Of a stretch of 36,224 bases of DNA, positions 23,929-36,174 are shown piece by piece. The stretch comes from Octopus bimaculoides (taxonomy: Eukaryota): NCBI RefSeq assembly GCF_001194135.2, contig NC_068993.1:13167380-13203603 (forward strand), given 5' to 3'. Position 1 is the first letter of the stretch, and every line of letters begins with the position of its first letter. The notes below the pieces were generated by a model. The model made no database searches. It was not told where the DNA came from and saw only the letters and a program-made list of their open reading frames with translations. The position numbers were made by a program, and so were the translations under genes.

Positions 23929-24192
23929 GTGAAGGCGCGTGGCATAGTGATTAGGGATTTAGGCTTTCAGTCGCTTGGTCATGAGTTCGATTCCCGATGG
24001 CAAAAATGAGTGGTACATGTATTTCAAAGGGCCAGCCTTCTCATATTCTGTGTCACGCTGAATCTCCCTAAGAACTATGTTAAGGGTGCGCCTGTCTGTG
24101 GAGTGTTCAATCACTTGCTCGTTAATTTCACGAGCAGGCTGTCCCAACGATCTGATCTGCTGAAAGTGTCACCGCCGTAACCGACGGAATAC
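23929..24192 (+). mobile_element. Family B tRNA-SINE, apparently internally deleted after the B-box
   Basis: GTGAAGGCGCGTGGCATAGTGATTAGG head and GAGTTCGATTCCC B-box (23983-23995). Lacks the TTGAGCAAAACACTT...GTTGCTCCAGTC block present in the 9435-9654 copy. Confidence 0.85.
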
Positions 24193-24439
24193 TACATGTG
24201 TGACTGCCATATACAATAAATGATTGGTGCGATTTTCTGTCGATTGCATTATGAGGGGGCTTTGGGTAAAGGAAAATGCAGGCGGGTCAATTAATTATGA
24301 TAATTTATTCAACGTATTCCCCTCTCAGATTCACCCACACATTTAGTGGCCATTTCGCGATAGCCTTAAGGCCAGGAACTTTTCAGCACCCCTCATATGC
24401 ATATAATAAATGTGTGCATATACACGAAAACGCTAGCAA

Positions 24440-24453
24440 ACACACACACACTT

Positions 24454-24489
<36 letters not shown>

Positions 24490-24663
24490 ACACACACACA
24501 TACACACACCCACACACACACACACACACACACACAATCGCGCACACACGTATAACTCGTTGTTAGTATAAAATTAGATCCGTGCTTGGTAACCTTATAG
24601 TTTGTATATCTGTCTGTGATATTTTGACTTCTCTAAAAAGGACGCGTATACCAACATTGTATG

Positions 24664-24727
<64 letters not shown>

Positions 24728-24730
24728 TGT
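24440..24730. repeat. (CA)n-type tract (24440-24535) and (TG)n tract (24667-24725)
   Basis: Direct reading. Confidence 0.9.
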
Positions 24731-26268
24731 ATGGGTATATACTGCTTTGTTTTTTTTTTTGTTTCTGCTCATACATGCGCTGTTGTGTATGTATTTGTAA
24801 TGGCCATTGAACAGAATAATTCAGTATCTTTGTATATGAGTGTATAAGCAAGTATGTATGTACATATACACATATATATGTACGCCGGTCTATGTATGCA
24901 TGTACGTAAGTTTTTTTTTTTTTTATAAATGTACGTATGTGTTTGTATGTATGTATGTATGTATGTATGTACAGAAAGATGTGTATATTTTGTATGTATG
25001 TCTGTGAATCTATGCATTGTTAGTATGTACGTTTGTATATGTGGTTACGGAAATTCTTGGAATTACCAAAGCCGTCTTCGTGTAAGAGCAATCCATCATA
25101 ACAAGTAAATAGAGACTCCAAATAGACAGAAGAGCCTCGTTTTCACTTTGATTCCAGCTCATATACTAAATAGATTAGGACTGTTTACAGCCTCGAATTC
25201 ATTGGCATGGCTAAATTTTAAGTGTTTATTTCTCCCATCACTAATTCAGATTCTCGTGTCAACTGGACTGTGTGTTGTTCGTTGTTAACGGATGTAGTAC
25301 ATGCAGTGGTGTCGTGGTGGTGGTGTTGGTGTTGTTGCAGTGGTATGGAAGTGGTGTAATATGGTGTAGATTGATTCGTGTGTGTATGTGTAGACTTTCT
25401 GTCTTTTTGTGGCCCTTATTTTGTAAGGTCTATGTGTTTGAATATACGTCTGTCTGTGTCTGTGTTTCTGTGTGTACGCCTGTCTCTACGTGTATGTGTC
25501 TATATGTGTGAACGCACACACGTAGAGATAAACGTACACACACACACGCACGCACATATACAGACACACAAATATATTTATGTATATATGTGTGTATATA
25601 TGTGTATATATGTGTGTATGCATGAATGTCTGTATTTCTATAAATGTATGTGGATGTGTGAAAATGTTTAGGTTGCTAAACGGTTATGAACATGTATATT
25701 TTCTCCTCTACATAATGTATGTGTCCCTATGTGCTAATGATGTTAATTTGGCGCATGAAAGTGTATATGTATGTATGTATGTATCGATATTTGTCTATAT
25801 ACGTACGTGGGCACAACTAAATATGTATGCTCTTATCTACGCGTATGTGTATGTGTGTGCTTATATATATATATATATATATATATAGATAGATAGATAT
25901 GGACGGATGTGTGCGTGTATCTTATCTGTTCCATGTGTAAGCATATTGATGTTCGTTTTCCAACTCATTTTCTCTATCTGTGTTCTGCTGATATTTCTTT
26001 ATACGCTTTTGCGTTTGTTTGCAGTCGATTGAGCATATATTTGTGTGTGCGTGTGTGTGTATGCGTGTATGTGTATGCCTGTGTGTATGTACTGTTAATA
26101 CTTGAATGCGCACACACATGCATCCACATACCAACACACGCACACACACGCATATAATGGATATGTATATATATGTGCATGGGTATACTTGTCTGAGCGC
26201 CTATGTGCACACACAAACACATTCATACGTACACGTATACATCGATTAAAAGAACAGCATGTACGCAC

Positions 26269-26550
26269 ATGCACATAACCACAGACACAAAAATATCCAA
26301 ACACACATAACCAGATGACACCAAATACACACACACACACACACACACACACTGAGATACGCACATCAGACACACACGCATACACACATAATAATACACG
26401 ACGCACACAAGCACGCACATAGACTTCGGCTATGATTCCTATTCGAATTAATAGTCCATCCTCTGATAACATCGGTATATTAACTCAATATGCTCCATGG
26501 ATCTTCAAGATGTCATCGAGATAAACAGGTCGATAAGTACCCCCAATATA
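26269..26550 (+). repeat. Copy 1 of a ~280-bp direct repeat (partner at 33548-33826)
   Basis: Colinear near-identity, including the exact stretch AGACTTCGGCTATGATTCCTATTCGAATTAATAGTCCATCCTCTGATAACATC. Confidence 0.95.
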
Positions 26551-27227
26551 GTACTTTGTCTTCTTAGTTAATACATTCTCAACGCACACAACTAACTTCA
26601 TAAGTACTGCCAGCAATTTACTGGAAAACAAATACATAAGTAAATAAGCGGACTTCTTATCGCCAGCGTCATTCCAACGAAAGATTGGCGAATTGGCTTT
26701 GTACGCATGCATGCATACGTTGACGTACGTATATATATAATGTGAGTGTGTGTGTATGCATATATACATGTATAGATATACATATAGATATATGTATATA
26801 TATATATGTATGTATATACGCACGCACTCACATGTATACATATATATTTATCGTAATGACGCCGAGAGGATGTCTATTCAAAGGAAGAACTGTATTTTAC
26901 GAAGTGGTTTTAATGTATTTAATGGAAATAAACCCCACGGAGAGCTTGTCCGTTTCGATTACTCACGTGCTCCTTACGATTTTACGCGAGAAAAATGCGT
27001 GTGTTGCTGCTTAAGTCGACCACCTCTCACCTCCTTTTATTTAGGTTTACGCCTGACACCACTCCAGCTGCTTTTGGAAATGCCTTTTTTTATCATTTTC
27101 TTCTTTATGCAGCCATGTTATAAGATTCAGTGGTACTTGTTTACGAAGTATGACTCTTGTCCGAAACGTTTGATATTTGCACCCCGCAGCAAATGAGCAC
27201 AATTCTTTATGAACTTATGCGTATGAG

Positions 27228-27510
27228 TCTTCCACCTCCCTTCCCTCCATCCCTGTCTGTCTCGCTTTCTCCGTCTCTCTCCCTCCCTCCCTCTCCCTCC
27301 CTCTCCCTCTCTCTCTCCCTCTCTCTCCGTCCCTCATCCCTTCTCTTTCTCCTTCCCTCCTCTCTCANNNNNNNNNNCCTCTCCCTCTCTCTCTCCCTCT
27401 CTCTCTCTCCCTCTCTCTCCCTCCCTCTCCCTCTCTCTCTCCCTCTCTCTCCGTCCCTCATCCCTTCTCTTTCTCCTTCCCTCCTCTCTCACTCTCTCTC
27501 TCGCTCTCTG
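27228..27510. repeat. (CT)/(CCT)-rich pyrimidine tract with a 10-N gap
   Basis: Direct reading. Confidence 0.9.
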
Positions 27511-27521
27511 CATATATATGG

Positions 27522-27625
27522 ACCTCCAAAAAGATGAAAGGTAAAGTCGACCTCGGTGGCATTTAAGCTCAGAGCCTATAATGACAAACGAAGTGACATT
27601 ATGCATTCTGCCAACTCGTCACCTG
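27522..27625 (-). mobile_element. Partial family A SINE (5' half, internally deleted)
   Basis: GATGAAAGGTAAAGTCGACCTCGGTGGCATTTAAGCTCAGAG...TTCTGCCAACTCGTCACCT. Confidence 0.7.
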
Positions 27626-27656
27626 AACAACAACAACAACAACAACAACAATAACA

Positions 27657-27875
27657 ATAATCCTTTCTACCTAAAGCACAGTGCCTGAAATTTGGGGGAA
27701 GAGACTAGTTGATTATATCCATCCCAATGTTCAACTGGTACTTAATGTATCGACCCCGAAAGGATAAAATGGTAAAGCTGGTCTCGGCGGAATTTGAACT
27801 CAGACTGTAAAGACGGAGGAAATGCTGCTAAGCATTTTCTCCGGCGCGCTAACAATTCTACCACCTCGCCACCTT
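27657..27875 (-). mobile_element. Full-length family A SINE with a (CAA)n tail at 27626-27660
   Basis: ATCCTTTCTAC tail end, CAACTGGTACTTAATGTATCGACCCCGAAAGGAT, CGGCGGAATTTGAACTCAGA (reverse B-box) and CTCGCCACCTT head. Confidence 0.9.
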
Positions 27876-27889
27876 CCTTATAACTATAT

Positions 27890-27895
27890 AACTAA

Positions 27896-27932
<37 letters not shown>

Positions 27933-28060
27933 CTGTTGAAATATTGTTCAACTAATAAAATATCTTACAATCGAAACTCGCTCTTCGTCTTGACTAATAA
28001 TAATGATAATGATAATAATAATAATGATAATAATAATAATAACAATAATAACAATAATAT
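27890..28060. repeat. (AAT)n tracts
   Basis: Direct reading (27897-27930, 27995-28058). Confidence 0.9.
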
Positions 28061-28812
28061 GTTCCCTAATGACCAGGTTCAGAACTGTTACAGGCTTCTT
28101 CAAGCGTAAACTTAATGGCGGATTAGTTTTCCGTTAATACGAAATAATCTGTGAGCGACAAAAATACGAATTGGAGGAGGTAAAGGGAGGGACGCTATAG
28201 TGTTGGATATATTGTGACATCAGCAAAATTATCATTGATGGAAACAGGAGCAGCTGAGCCCCCACTCTGATCATAAGTAATTTCCTTTTTTGTATGAGAT
28301 TTTGTTTTCTTTCTTCGTGAATTTTCATCTCTTTTGTTTGCTTTATTCACAAAAGGACAGATACACTCACTGGCACACATGCACATAAACGCTCATATTT
28401 GATGCGAATATGCATGTGTGTAAATACATGCATGTAAATATATGCCATTATGTGTATATATGTATGTATGTGTGTATGAACGCACTCAGGTATATATATA
28501 TATATGCATATATACATATGTGCATATACATGTTTATATAGTTACAAATCTATATTAATGCATACACACAATAAGTATTTGACATTGTATATCTGACTGC
28601 ATGCATGTCTACATATGTGTCTTTATATATGGACGTATATGTCTTTATGCATCTGTGTATGTGCTTATAATTATAAGACAATCATGCGCAACTGCGTGCA
28701 GTATTAATCCACTTTACAGTCAAGCATACATACAGATGCAAGGCACTGGGAGGCACGTGTACAAAACAGACGTTTCTCAGCACGCTGCAAATGCAACACT
28801 GCATTTAATATC

Positions 28813-28887
<75 letters not shown>

Positions 28888-29171
28888 NNNNNNNNNNNNN
28901 NNNNNNNNNNNNNNNNNNNNNNNNNNNNNNNNNNNNNNNNNNNNNNNNNNNNNNNNNNNNNNNNNNNNNNNNNNNNNNNNNNNNNNNNNNNNNNNNNNNN
29001 NNNNNNNNNNNNNNNNNNNNNNNNNNNNNNNNNNNNNNNNNNNNNNNNNNNNNNNNNNNNNNNNNNNNNNNNNNNNNNNNNNNNNNNNNNNNNNNNNNNN
29101 NNNNNNNNNNNNNNNNNTATATATATATGCATGTATGTATGTATCTATGTATGTATGTATGTATATGCTCA

Positions 29172-29380
29172 TGTGTCTGTTCTTGCCCCCTACCATCACT
29201 TCACAACCAAATGTTGGTGTGTTTACGCCCCCGTAACTTGGCGGCTCGGCAGAAGAGCCCGATAGAATATGTACTAAGCTTACAAAGAATAAGTCCTAGG
29301 GTCGAATTGTTCGACTAAAGGCGGTGCTCCAGCATGGCCGCAGTTAAATGACTGAAACAAGTAGCAGAATAATGGAATAA
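29172..29380 (+). mobile_element. 3' half of a family C SINE
   Basis: Aligns to the reverse complement of 20090-20280, for example GCTTACAAAGAATAAG, GACTAAAGGC-GTGCTCCA and AAATGACTGAAACAA. Confidence 0.85.
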
Positions 29381-30032
29381 TGCATGCACATATATGCACA
29401 AACTAAATACACAATTTTAAGAACATTTACCATTTAATACTTCGCATATTCATTGAAATCTCTAGCCCACCATTTTTTAATTGCACACTTTGTCCTGTAT
29501 ATGCCACGTCTCTATCTCTCCTCCTATATATCTCTCTCTCTCCCTCTCCTATATATATATAGGCAACCCTATCATTTACGTATATATATATATATATATN
29601 NNNNNNNNNNNNNNNNNNNNNNNNNNNNNNNNNNNNNNNNNNNNNNNNNNNNNNNNNNNNNNNNNNNNNNNNNNNNNNNNNNNNNNNNNNNNNNNNNNNN
29701 NNNNNNNNNNNNNNNNNNNNNNNNNNNNNNNNNNNNNNNNNNNNNNNNNNNNNNNNNNNNNNNNNNNNNNNNNNNNNNNNNNNNNNNNNNNNNNNNNNNN
29801 NNNNNNNNNNNNNNNNNNNNNNNNNNNNNNNNNNNNNNTTTTTTTTTTTTTTTTTTGCAACAATTCAATCGATACTAATGACAATGTGTACAGCCAGAAG
29901 GATTCCAATTAGCGAATGATCGATTTTTTTGAAAGGATTGATAGGGACCAAGCTAATTTTAGAGAAAGCAATTTCACAGCAAGGAGACTGAGAGACAAAG
30001 AGAAAGGAGGAGACCATTAGAGACAGGGTGAG

Positions 30033-30063
<31 letters not shown>

Positions 30064-30589
30064 TAGAAAGAGACGGATTTATAGAGATTGATAGTGTGTG
30101 AGTGTGTATGTATGTGTGTGATAAATATATAGAGAAGGGATGCAATCGACAAAAAAATATGTGAGAATTCTGGAGAGTGAGAGAGTGGGAATAGGAAGGT
30201 GTTAATGTGAATATGAAGGAAAGAAGGAGAGAAAGAGAGAATGAAAGAGAGAACAAACAAGTTCTTAGGAGAAAACAACTCATATTTGAAAAAAAAGGCA
30301 GAGACAGCCAGACAGACAGAGACAGACACAGAAAGAGAGCGGAGGTAAGGAAAAAGAATTTTTTTTAAACAAAAAGAACATTGCATCTTTTGTCCAGCCA
30401 TCATTCCTGTTGCAGATTTAATTGTTTTTCTTGTTTATATTGTTGTTGCTGTTGTTGTTGTTAATTATTATTTTCGTGATAGTAATAGTGGTGGTGGTTA
30501 CAGGTGTAGCAATAAACAACTTGCTACATGTAGTTATATCCCTTTATTTTCTCAGTTTATAATCCCGCTGGTAGTTTATCAACCAACTT

Positions 30590-30700
30590 TATTTCCCCTT
30601 TCTTCTTTGTGGGTCGATACAGAAAGTACTAGTGAAAAAACTATGGTCGATATTATCGACCCATTTATGCATTTCTGTGCCTATTCTAGAAACTCTTATA
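30590..30700 (+). mobile_element. Diverged 3' part of a family A SINE
   Basis: GGGTCGATACAGAAAGTACTAGTGAAAAAACTATGGTCGATATTATCGAC...TGTGCCTA. Confidence 0.55.
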
Positions 30701-31296
30701 ATTATAATTGCTATTAGAGCACTCTAGAAGTAATTACATTTAGAGCTCACTAGAGTTTTTATTATAAGCTTCTGGAAATATACCAAACAAATCAGTCTTT
30801 TTTATTCGGGTTGCAGTAACTTTTCTTTTCTCTTAAGCCAAATCCTTTGTGAAAAGAAAAGACAAAAACATGAACACTACAAAATCTCGTTACTATCGTC
30901 CATAAATGTATAGTGCGGTACTTATATATTATTATTACTGGTTTATATCATAATGATATTTTGTTTTAAAAATGTGTGTGATTTAGAGTAGAATTGCCTG
31001 CCGAACCGCATCGAGGCGGAAAAGTTCAACTGTATTTGAGAAACAGAATGCGAATATTACATATCTACAAGTTCTGTGATTTAGCAGAACCTGTGACCTA
31101 GTATTCAAAATGCTCTACTGACGATCAGGAAACTCGTCTCGAGTTCCTGACTGAGCAATTCATTGTGCTCTTCGGCAATACACTTCATTTCCCTTTGCTC
31201 TGCGATAGCTTCGACATCATATGACTGCCACACCGAGTACCTGGACACACGATGTTGATCTCATGACAGAAGTGTGCTAATGTTTAGCGCTAATAA

Positions 31297-31513
31297 TCCT
31301 TTCTATCACAGGCACAAGATTTGTGGTGGTGGTGGTGGTTGTGAATAGTCGATTACATCGACCTCAGTACTCGGCTGATACTTATTTTATCAACCCCGAA
31401 AGGACAAGAGCCAAAGTCGACTTTGTCGTTATTTGAACTCAGAACCTGAAGACGGACGAAATACCGTTAAGCATTTAGTCCAGCTTGCTAACGATTCTGC
31501 CAGTTCGCCGCTT
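31297..31513 (-). mobile_element. Family A SINE with a 19-bp TSD (2 mismatches)
   Basis: TAATGTTTAGCGCTAATAA (31278-31296) and TAATATTTAGCACTAATAA (31514-31532) flank a colinear copy. Confidence 0.9.
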
Positions 31514-32553
31514 TAATATTTAGCACTAATAACACCAACACGACGCTATAACCACATCATCTGTGCAGATTGTTCGACAAGAAGTTGCGGAACCCTTATC
31601 TCGTCCACAACGGGAGAGTCTGTGACTTCTGTGATTAGGCGTTTATTTTAGTTTAGTATCTATGAATTATGAAAGTTGAGTGGTAAATCCTGATCTTAAG
31701 AAAAGAAAACATTTCTATTTTCATTCCATCGATGTCGTTTCATACGCTTTAACCTAGTAGTGACCTTAAAAGAATCGCGAACAAGGGAAAAAAATTTGCC
31801 TTTGAATACATCGCAAATTGACATTCAGAAGTCATAAGTTAATTACATGCGGTGTGGAATCATACTGTGAGCGTTCCTTTATTTCAAATCATACTGTAAA
31901 CCTTTAGGCCGTGCTCCTTCCATGGTTAAAATACAGACTGAAACCAAGAAGAAGAAAAAAACACAATCATTTCAGTGTTCTGCCTAACAATATCAAACTC
32001 ATGAACAGCTAAAGTATATCCGCTCATTTTACTTTCAATTCATAAATAGTATATATAAGTACCAAATTAAAACATGAGTTTTCTTAGTAAGAATTGACTT
32101 TCTATATGGAAATATTATTGAAAATTAGGGAAGTCTTCCACAGAGCTTGCAAACGGTGCAATTACCTAGATAATATTATAAAAATCTTTGTACCAAAATA
32201 AAAAAAATTGATCCTAACATATATGTTCCAGTTTTACTTTTAATCATCTTCTAACGAATACAGCTAGCATAGTTATTCATAAAGTATATTAAAAGAAAAA
32301 AAAATGCGTCTACCCTTTTTCAATGCAAAAACACAAAAAGGGAAAATAAAAGAAAGTGCATATCATTTTTTTCTTCTTCGTTCCATCTCCCAATAGGATT
32401 AGCAGAAGAACAGTAATGCACATAAATGTATCTTTTCTTTCTCTTTCCCTTTCTCAACCCACCTTCTTTCCCACCGTCTATTTATATTTTAGCTTTTACT
32501 ATTTCACCGCCTTACTTTCTTCCTCACATTTGCTCTCTAAAAAATCTTTTTCA

Positions 32554-32590
<37 letters not shown>

Positions 32591-33542
32591 TACATACATA
32601 CATACTTACATATTATAATATATCACTTTTTTCCTTTTTCCTGCAAGCAAATTGCACTCAACTTTCTTAAAAATCATCATTTTTAACATTGTTATGTCTT
32701 AGGTCGACAATGAAGGCCCTGGGCCAAACGAAAAAAAAAAAGAAAGAGAGGTAATGAGTACATAGAATCCTTATTCCTACACGTTTATTTCTGTTCTTGT
32801 TATTCATTTAGTTATTGATTTAGTCGAAGTAGTAATTGATGTTACTGCTATTGACGCTGTTCTTGTTGTTGCTGTTAGTTTATTTCAAAAGTTCGAATCA
32901 ATCTTCTATCTGTCTTCTGTCAGCCAAATACGTTTCTTCAAGCCTCTCTGGATTTTCAAGTATATTTACAGACTAATAAAACTTTAAGAACACAAGAATA
33001 TATAGACAAAAAAAAAAAATAGGAAGAAGAAAAAAAAAGAAAATTGAAAAAAAAAAAATCTGTCAGCCATTTTTACCAGCCGGAAATTTTTTTTTTTTTT
33101 TAGATGACAAAGAGACATACATAAAAGACGTTTCTCATTCAGACACACTAACTAAAACAGACGCACTCACAATGCGAAGCCATACGTTCTATTAAAAACT
33201 TGCAAACGTTTTTGGCTATTGTTTCACAAAAGACCGAGACGCACTTTTTCAGAAAACTGTCGTAATATTATACGCTTTGTGCATATACACACACATATAT
33301 AATGTGTGTGCGCATCTGTAAATATATATATAGCCGAAATTAAATGCACAGTTATAACTAACAGTTTTGTGCTATGTGTTTTGGAGAAAGCTCGATAAAA
33401 TATAAAGAAATTAGGTCTATGTATGTATCTATCTATTTCTCTCTCTGTCTCTCTCTCTCTCTATATATATATATATGTGTGTGTGTGTTACCACGTACGT
33501 TCGTACGCATCCTCTTCTCCGATGTTATACTTCAAATCCAAG

Positions 33543-33829
33543 CACGTATGCACATAAACACGGACACAAATATATCCAAACACACATAACCAGATGACAC
33601 CAAATACACACACACATACACACACACACTGAGATATGCACATCAGACACACGCGCATACACACATAATAATACACGACGCACACAAGCACGCACATAGA
33701 CTTCGGCTATGATTCCTATTCGAATTAATAGTCCATCCTCTGATAACATCAGTATATTAACTCAATATGTTCCATGGATCTTGAAAATGTCATCGAAATA
33801 AACAGGTCGATAAGTCCCCCAGTATACAC
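33543..33829 (+). repeat. Copy 2 of the ~280-bp direct repeat, flanked by 19-bp TSD-like direct repeats
   Basis: GTTATACTTCAAATCCAAG (33524-33542) and GTTATACTTGAAATCCAAG (33830-33848). Confidence 0.93.
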
Positions 33830-35862
33830 GTTATACTTGAAATCCAAGTCTTTACAAAACTATATTACCCTACCATCAGAATAAAAAAAATAAAAACATA
33901 GGAGAATTTTAGTCCTTCTGTAAGTATTCTGATATTAAAACTAAAAATATACGGAAGAGTGGAAACTGCAAGAGAAATATACAGTCAATTCCTCAGTGAA
34001 ATTCTTTTGAGTTAGTGTTCGAATCACCAAAATCGCCATTAAAAATGTAATTATAGTAATAAATATTTTGCAATGATAAAGAACATATCTTAGTGGAGAT
34101 TATTTAACAAAGAGCAGTATAAAATAAGAGGAGAAAAAAGAAATCAAGTTTAGGTCAGTTAATATGACGATGTGTCTATCTTTATTAACTTGCTGGTAAA
34201 GTATCATATAACTTTTGAACAATTTTGTACCAAAAGCACGTTCATGTACGGAGAATATATATACACATATACACGTGTGTGTGTGGTAACTAGGGACAAA
34301 TGAAAATCACTGCGTACATCTTGATTTAGGTAATCAAAGAATTTACTCATTGAGAGAGCTCGGCAACATGCTATATATTAATTGTAGCCATGAGCAGTGC
34401 CTATATGAGTTAAAGGGAAAAAATAATTTAAAATTTAATTTATAACTTCCTGAACAGTTACATGCATATAGAATAACTCGCTTCTGTAGCCGGTGAGGAA
34501 AGATACACATTCTCTTAAAGTTTTACTGATAAACTACAGTCGAGAACTAATGCTTGAATATAAATCTGTTGAAAAGTACAATGGAAGCAAAGCGAGCGCA
34601 TTTAAGAACTCGAAATGCCATATCTTACAGAGGCGGTGAAAATATCTCTTTTTAAGACTTCAGTAAAATTGCACATCGTATAAAAGCTTCTGCGTTGGCT
34701 GTCTTGACTTGATATAGATAGCAACCAAATTTTCTGAGATCATAAATTGGTATAGCATATACTTGGATTTACAAAAAGTAGAAGAAATCGGATGGATTCA
34801 GATAAATGTTAAAATATACCTGGCCTCAAGTATTTGCTAATACGGTGGGACAAAGTGCAAAAATGATACGTTCTATTAAAGAAGAAAATTAAAATATTTA
34901 TAGATTAGGTAAATATCATTCACTTAATGAATATGAGACGATATGAAAATTGATCTCGATAAGCTTTTGAACTTGAGAACGAAGAGATTCAAAAGTTAAT
35001 TTTGCGACTTACATTCTGACATTGTTTCCTTTTAATTCTTTTTTCTTTTCTTTGACAGAATGAATAGTTATAACACGAAAATTTAAAAAAAGACAAATAT
35101 TTTTGAAATGTCCTTAATTAATTGATTGCGTAATTGATAAGAATAATGATGAAATTATTGGCAAAAATGTCGTATGAAAATGGCGATGAATGAAAGCAAA
35201 AGAGGATATTAACAAAACGATTTAGAAAGACGTGAACAAAGCAGAAATATCTAATTGGTAAAGACAACGACATCCGTAGCAATGACACGCTATGGTCTTC
35301 ATTTTGTCCAAATCCCCTATAATATTGTCAATAGCGTTTGACAGCGTTAATTACGTCATCGCCGATGACAATGGCAAAGACGATAAAATCACGTGACTGC
35401 AATGACAAGATGCACGCGCTGTCATCGAATAATACCGTGCACAATACAAGGAAAACTCTATCTTATCTATGGTGCTCCTTAGTGAAAGTTCTGAAAGCCA
35501 GGCAGACAGCAGGAGTAATCCCTGAACTCGTTCTGGCGCCCATTTTCAGAAACAACAATAACAACAACATCATTATTGTAAGAAGAAAAAGAACTACAAT
35601 GACGATGAGATGGACGCAAAATGGTGGTTTAAGAAAGGCGCTTATACTAGGGGAGAAAGAGGCTCTGTAATAGCTATAAATTTGTTTTTAAAAATAACAC
35701 AGCCAACGTCTGCTGTTAAAGCCTTCCTCAACATATGTAGATGTTAAATCTGTCCTCATTACAATCTGGCATTTGTTTACGAATTACAGTGGCTGTTGTA
35801 CAACATTAACACGAAGCGAAGCGGCAGCAACAATTCCACCTTCCCCATCTTCTTACGTACCA

Positions 35863-36174
35863 TCCACCACCACCACCACCACCACCACCACTACTATTGC
35901 TGCTGCTAATGATGATGATGACGATGATGATTATGATGATGATGATACAGGCGACTTTTCTTTTTATAAAAGCGTTAATAAATAGCCATGAAAACTTAAT
36001 ACAAATTATCTCTTAAAACACAGTCACCCATGCACACACACACACACACACACACACAAACATACATATAGCCATGCATGCATACATATAAGTACATATA
36101 TATATATGATATGTATAGTATATATAAATAGTGTAGTATGTATGTATATATCGTATATATATATACACACTATG

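Noticed and set aside
26420-26700. Minus-strand KTKYYIGGTYRPVYLDD...GLLIRIGII resembling the LINE APE endonuclease motif I-G-x-x-YRPP...GDFN
   Set aside because: There is an in-frame stop, no GDFN motif, and the second copy at 33.7-33.8 kb breaks the frame. A short chance resemblance cannot be excluded.
27320-27490. Apparent ~48-bp tandem duplication (CCGTCCCTCATCCCTTCTCTTTCTCCTTCCCTCCTCTCTCA) on both sides of a 10-N gap; similar mirrored (TA)n(TG)n around 8195-8235
   Set aside because: Most likely overlapping contig ends left unmerged by the scaffolder, i.e. an assembly artefact.
30684-30780. Loose palindrome around GTAATTAC
   Set aside because: The arms align poorly and overlap a degenerate SINE tail; consistent with chance in AT-rich DNA.
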